Virus record (IMG/VR): IMGVR_UViG_3300029911_000006
DNA: 37,416 nt
Source: a virus
Lineage: Duplodnaviria; Heunggongvirae; Uroviricota; Caudoviricetes
Reading direction: 5' to 3' (one strand)
In this document: positions 33,632 to 37,416 of the stretch, piece by piece
Layout of the letters: every line of letters starts with the position of its first letter
Numbering within the stretch: position 1 is the first letter of the stretch
The notes under the pieces: generated by a model
The model's input: the letters and a program-made list of their open reading frames with translations, nothing else
The model's database searches: none
What the model was told of the DNA's origin: nothing
Program-made: the position numbers and the translations under genes

Positions 33632-36201
33632 GCTCACGGGGAAGTATCCCCACGTCGCAGATTCTTGCCATTCACGAACCGTGGATGGACGTGGTGCGTT
33701 ACCTCGAACAGGACTGGGACAACCCGGACAACGCATGGCTGCACAACCCCGAGGAGATTGAGAAGTTCCGTAAAGACCACGCTGAGAATGAAGCTAAGGC
33801 GTTGGAGTACATGCAGAAGAAGCATGGTACGAAGACTGCGAGTGCTCAGCCGGTTCTGGTTTATCACGGGACACGTAAGGACTTCGATGAGTTTGAACCC
33901 CAACATCCTCGCGGTGCTCCGGGGAATCCGAAGGGTGTGTATTTCACAACGGATAGGCGAGTGGCAGAGCAGCACGCGGAAGATGTGGATGGAGCCCTTG
34001 ACGAAAAATCAAGAGTCATCTCCGCTTACCTGAACCTTCAGAGCGAGGCGGACGGTGTAATCAAGGAGTCCCCGTATCGCGGAATTGAGTATATCGTCTT
34101 CAACCCAGCGGCTATACAGGTGGTGGATGACGGACGAGCCAAGATTGCAGCCGCTCCCACGCAAGACCAGAGCTTCATGAGCCAGCCCGGAGACATTACC
34201 GAGAACCCCGCGTTCATGTCATGGTTCAAGGGCAGTAAGGTGGTCGATGACCATGGCCGTCCTCTGCGTGTCTATCACGGCACCGGTGCTGACATCAAGG
34301 AGTTCAGCTACGAGTTCACCGGTCAGGGTAACGACCAGCTAGGCTCCGGCTTTTACTTCACCAACAACAAGGACACCGCGTCCGGTTACGCGACCAGCCG
34401 AAACCAGAGCGATGCCGGCAACGTCATGCCCGTCTATCTGGCGATAAAGAAGCCAATCTACTTCACGAACGATAAGGCGTCGGCTCCTGACCTGACGACT
34501 GCCCTGGTGCGTCGTATCATCATGGCGTCTCCTGAGCTTGACGACGCTCTCACGAACTTTGGTGATGTGGACTCTGAAGGGAAGAACGCTGTCATCAATC
34601 AGGCCGTAAGCCTCTATGGGAACGCCGACATCATGTACCAGTTGTTCACCCTTGCTAATGACTTCTATCGTCACAGTGTGAAGGAGTTCAACGAGGCTGT
34701 GCGTAAGGCGGCTGGATACGATGGCATCATTGCCGAAGTTGGCGATGAAACTCACTACGTCGCGTGGTTCCCGAACCAAATCAAGTCAGCTATCGGCAAC
34801 AGTAAGTTTGACCCGAAGAGCATGAGTGTGACCGCTGCTATGCAGCCGGTAATGATTCCCATGGACAAGATTGTTCCTGCGGGAGAAGACCAAGACGAAC
34901 GGATTATAGCTCACGTCGCTCAGTCTATGGCTAAGGAAGGACTGCGTGAACCTATAACCGTCATCGACTATGGAGACGGTGCCTATTACATTGAAGACGG
35001 TCATCACCGCTACTTCGCTGCTAAGAAACTGGGGTGGTCTGAAATCCCTGCTGAAGTTATTCAGATGAAGACCGGAGCCGATGAGCCCTCCGCACCTATT
35101 GAGTTGTCTGAGCGTGACATCAGCCCTGAGCAGAGTTCTTTCGAAGGTACATCGCTACCGGGTGTACGCATCGAGGCAGGGATAGACGGAGAAAACGTTG
35201 GCACCATTGAAATCATGCTGGGCGACGAGGTTAAAAGGGGGCGGGGATACAAGGTCGCCTTCGTTCGTGGGATATTGGTAGCTAAACACTATCAGGGGCA
35301 GGGTATCGGTCAGAAGCTCTACGACCGGGCGATTCAAATAGCAAAGGCGAGAGGGTGCGTTCGCTTCTACTCGGATACAGCCAGTTGCATGTCCAAGGAT
35401 GCGTACAAGGCATGGGCACGTCTGCGGACTCGCTACAAGATTTACTTCGATGACAAGATGAGCCGACATGTAATCGACCTCAATAAGACCAAGGTAGCTG
35501 GCCGCAAACCTATGACCAAGATTCCACAGGAGCTTGAACCGCTGGCGGCAGAGGCGAGGAAGTGCGACACCTTCGAGGAGTTCAAGAAGGATTTCAGCCA
35601 CGACATCAAGCACGGGGACTACTGGCATGTGACCACCGACCCTAACTTCTTCATTGACCCGGAGAAGGGGCCAAGGGATATGTCGAGCATGGCCGACAAC
35701 CAGATGACCAAGGGAGCCCTTATGGTGACTTCCCATCTGGAACACTGGGACGGTTACTACAACTTCGACCATGATGATAATCGCAGCAATAGTCGCCCCT
35801 ACGCTGCCCTGATTGACTTCAGTCAGGTACCCCGCGAGAACTACGGTCAGGTGGGTCGTGGATTCGGTAATGAGTTCTGGGTGGAGAACCCGGCTGGAGC
35901 ACGGGTGGTCAAGGTAATGCCTATAGATGAGGCCCTTGCCTACGCTCGTCACTATGGTGACGTGCTGGACGAGTATATCAACTCGGACAACGACCTGCGT
36001 AAGTTCTGGGAGCTTGCCACAGGGAAGACCTCCGACCGCACACCGAAGCCTCCCATGGAACGCTGCGGTACATGTCAGTGCCCAACCCCCGCTCACAATC
36101 CAGATGGTAGCTGCCGTAACGCGGCTGAGTGTGGATGCACGGGGTTGACCAAGGGCAAGACCTCCGCCGTCTCCCCTGAACAGATGGTTCAGTGGGCTTA
36201 A
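33619..36201 (+). CDS. Polyvalent protein 4b (860 aa): C-terminal part of the split ART, two ART-PolyVal, ParB/Srx, GNAT, ART-like plus Cys-rich tail
   Basis: Begins ...GSIPTSQILAIHEPW; then KTASA-YHGT, KIAAA-YHGT, VTAA-DGHHR, KTGA-QGQGIGQKLYD and KVA-WHVT modules. Overlaps the HNH stop by 13 nt. Confidence 0.88.
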   Translation: MGNLGSRGSIPTSQILAIHEPWMDVVRYLEQDWDNPDNAWLHNPEEIEKFRKDHAENEAKALEYMQKKHGTKTASAQPVLVYHGTRKDFDEFEPQHPRGAPGNPKGVYFTTDRRVAEQHAEDVDGALDEKSRVISAYLNLQSEADGVIKESPYRGIEYIVFNPAAIQVVDDGRAKIAAAPTQDQSFMSQPGDITENPAFMSWFKGSKVVDDHGRPLRVYHGTGADIKEFSYEFTGQGNDQLGSGFYFTNNKDTASGYATSRNQSDAGNVMPVYLAIKKPIYFTNDKASAPDLTTALVRRIIMASPELDDALTNFGDVDSEGKNAVINQAVSLYGNADIMYQLFTLANDFYRHSVKEFNEAVRKAAGYDGIIAEVGDETHYVAWFPNQIKSAIGNSKFDPKSMSVTAAMQPVMIPMDKIVPAGEDQDERIIAHVAQSMAKEGLREPITVIDYGDGAYYIEDGHHRYFAAKKLGWSEIPAEVIQMKTGADEPSAPIELSERDISPEQSSFEGTSLPGVRIEAGIDGENVGTIEIMLGDEVKRGRGYKVAFVRGILVAKHYQGQGIGQKLYDRAIQIAKARGCVRFYSDTASCMSKDAYKAWARLRTRYKIYFDDKMSRHVIDLNKTKVAGRKPMTKIPQELEPLAAEARKCDTFEEFKKDFSHDIKHGDYWHVTTDPNFFIDPEKGPRDMSSMADNQMTKGALMVTSHLEHWDGYYNFDHDDNRSNSRPYAALIDFSQVPRENYGQVGRGFGNEFWVENPAGARVVKVMPIDEALAYARHYGDVLDEYINSDNDLRKFWELATGKTSDRTPKPPMERCGTCQCPTPAHNPDGSCRNAAECGCTGLTKGKTSAVSPEQMVQWA

Positions 36202-36385
36202 TTTCAATGGCTATGAAGACCAGACCATAGACGCCGACACACTCGCTAAACTAGCCCACATGACCGGTAATGATGGGGCTGTCATCCATAACATCCGCGA
36301 TGGTAAGGGCTCAGGTCAGGCTTCGACCGAGTACATCGTGTTCTCCATGGGACAGGTGGAAGTGCAGAACACCGTTGCTGTATAA
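36200..36385 (+). pseudogene. Out-of-frame C-terminal half of an ART-PolyVal domain
   Basis: The frame starting at 36200 reads NFNGYEDQTIDADTLAKLAHMTGNDGAVIHNIRDGKGSGQASTEYIVFSMGQVEVQNTVAV*, matching the G.DG..I.N....Y.(V/A)F..Q(V/I) end of paralogues. It has no YHG half and no convincing start. Confidence 0.75.
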
Positions 36386-36392
36386 TGGCAAG

Positions 36393-37103
36393 ATGGAATC
36401 TGTAAAAGTATCTCCCAATGACTACGTGTTCGTGTTGACCGGGGCTGGTATCAGCGTCGAGAGTGGGCTCCCAGCGTTTCGCAGCAAGGATGGGACGTGG
36501 AATACAGAGAAGCTTGAGGACGTATGCACACCGGGGGCATGGGAACGAGACCCATGGAAGGTGTGGAACTTCTACTCCTCTCGTCGCCGGGAAGCGGCTC
36601 TGGCTATGCCTAACCCTGCCCACTACGCTTTAGCTGAATTGGAGAAGAAGATGGGCGACCGCTTCTTCCTCTGCACGCAGAACGTGGACGACCTCCACGA
36701 CCGTGCTGGTTCTCAGCGGATGATTCACATGCATGGGGAGTTGGCTAAGGCTCGATGCAGCGATGGGTGCTCCGCCCCAGTAACCGACAAGGTTCTGTAC
36801 GATAGCTTGCAAGATGTGAACCGCTGCCTGTGGTGTGGTGCTCTGCTCCGGCCCCACATTGTGTTCTTCGAGGAGACCCCGCTGGAGTTGAATCGCATCG
36901 ACTCCGAACTGGATAAGGTCACGCTGATGATTGTCATTGGAACATCAGGCACCGTTTTCCCCGCTGCCGGATTCATTCATGAGGCTCGTATGCGTTTGGC
37001 TCGAACGGTTTACATCGGCCCTGAGCCACCCGTCAACCACAAGCTTTACCATGAGTTGATTCTCAAACCTGCAAGCGAGGTTGTGTATGAAGTTTCAGAG
37101 TAA
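36393..37103 (+). CDS. cobB: Sir2/sirtuin NAD+-dependent protein deacylase, class III (CobB-like)
   Basis: TGAGISVESG, PNPAH, TQNVDDLH, HMHG, a Zn-binding Cys set, HIVFFEE and IGTSG..FPAA; YxxR (FYSSRR) as in acidic-acyl-preferring class III enzymes. Start placed at ATG 36393 because the upstream part of the tracked ORF overlaps the ART remnant. Confidence 0.92.
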   Translation: MESVKVSPNDYVFVLTGAGISVESGLPAFRSKDGTWNTEKLEDVCTPGAWERDPWKVWNFYSSRRREAALAMPNPAHYALAELEKKMGDRFFLCTQNVDDLHDRAGSQRMIHMHGELAKARCSDGCSAPVTDKVLYDSLQDVNRCLWCGALLRPHIVFFEETPLELNRIDSELDKVTLMIVIGTSGTVFPAAGFIHEARMRLARTVYIGPEPPVNHKLYHELILKPASEVVYEVSE

Positions 37104-37416
37104 GTTCCTCCAGCCGCGAATCATGTACCACGCCACGGACAAGACGCGAGTTGAAGCCATCTTGCGGGACGGGCTCAAGATAAACAGCGAGGTCAACTTC
37201 ACTGAGGCTGGCACGTGGGCTCACGAGAAGTACGGCTGCAACCCCATCTACCTGAGCATCAAGCCCGACGCATACCACGACGAGACCAGTGTGCTGCTCA
37301 AGGTGAACGTGTCCGGTCTCAAGCTGGCGGGTGACCTGCCGGGTCTCGCCGGAAACCACGGCTTCATGGTCGAACCCGACGCCATGTATCTCGACCCTGA
37401 GTATGGGCACGAGGAC
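37087..37416 (+). CDS. Tpt1/KptA-like ADP-ribosyltransferase domain protein, 3' truncated (not in the ORF track)
   Basis: GAGG SD and ATG 37087 give MKFQSKFLQPRIMYHATDKTRVEAILRDGLK...PIYLS...LLKVNV; the frame stays open to the window end. Confidence 0.85.
   Translation, partial: MKFQSKFLQPRIMYHATDKTRVEAILRDGLKINSEVNFTEAGTWAHEKYGCNPIYLSIKPDAYHDETSVLLKVNVSGLKLAGDLPGLAGNHGFMVEPDAMYLDPEYGHED

Larger units (their letters stand above)
1..37416. mobile_element. Segment of a large tailed bacteriophage genome
   Basis: Tail-fibre, collagen and Mtd-N-like genes, a free-standing HNH endonuclease, polyvalent-protein domains typical of phages, tightly overlapping ORFs and no host core genes. No capsid, terminase or integrase gene is present, so prophage versus free phage cannot be decided. 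Confidence 0.9.

Noticed and set aside
32997-33639. Group I intron carrying the HNH gene
   Set aside because: The boundaries fit U|...G|, but only about 60 nt precede and under 10 nt follow the HNH ORF. I found no P3-P7 core, no R/S consensus and no convincing P1. Only RT-PCR would exclude it fully.
32994-33642. T4 gene 60-like ribosomal bypass (Gly codon followed by UAG)
   Set aside because: The gap is about 640 nt versus 50 nt in gene 60, the take-off and landing codons differ (GGT versus GGA or GGC), and the downstream part has its own ATG.
13212-36201. Polymorphic toxin (Rhs/CDI/MuF) or DarTG toxin-antitoxin locus
   Set aside because: There are no Rhs or haemagglutinin repeats, no MuF domain recognised, no small immunity genes between toxins and no macrodomain antitoxin. 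The enzymatic domains are serial within single ORFs.
13797-36207. Long antisense and alternative-frame ORFs (e.g. 13797-14585, 16783-17739, 19270-20037, 35155-36207)
   Set aside because: They shadow motif-rich sense genes, lack recognisable domains and SDs, and are expected from the codon bias of GC-rich genes.
36381-36395. TATAAT six nt before the sirtuin ATG (leaderless promoter)
   Set aside because: The hexamer overlaps the GTA-TAA end of the ART remnant and has no -35 or TGn element, so it may be coincidental.
1-37416. CRISPR array, tRNA, rRNA or tmRNA genes
   Set aside because: No regularly spaced direct repeats and no T-loop or cloverleaf or other consensus found by eye, including in the 2872-3494 gap; tRNAscan and Infernal were not run.

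Overview
This 37.4 kb window looks like part of a large tailed bacteriophage genome: dense coding, tail-fibre and collagen genes, a free-standing HNH endonuclease and no host housekeeping genes. From left to right it holds an accessory block (ExoV-like pyruvyltransferase, membrane-anchored glycosyltransferase, a 620-nt structured intergenic region, small hypotheticals, a GNAT and a metallophosphoesterase), a minus-strand tail-fibre cassette (8740-13126), and about 24 kb of giant plus-strand polyvalent proteins (825, 1442, 2485, 1792 and 860 aa, plus a 365-aa one at 7222). By eye these genes contain about 25 ADP-ribosyltransferase-like domains, 11 GNATs, 3 ParB/Srx domains, 2 zincins, and single nucleotidyltransferase, papain-like and pyrophosphatase domains. 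The main observation is that nearly every domain boundary (about 45 sites) carries a short K-T-A-(A/S)-type motif, and several genes start with a shared short leader. I infer that these are protease-processed, capsid-targeted polyproteins delivering many single-domain effectors; this is not demonstrated. Other notable features are an HNH gene splitting an ART domain in two, an out-of-frame ART remnant, a CobB-like sirtuin within the cluster, RBS-occluding hairpins and two candidate structured RNAs. All domain calls come from motif recognition; no database search was run.
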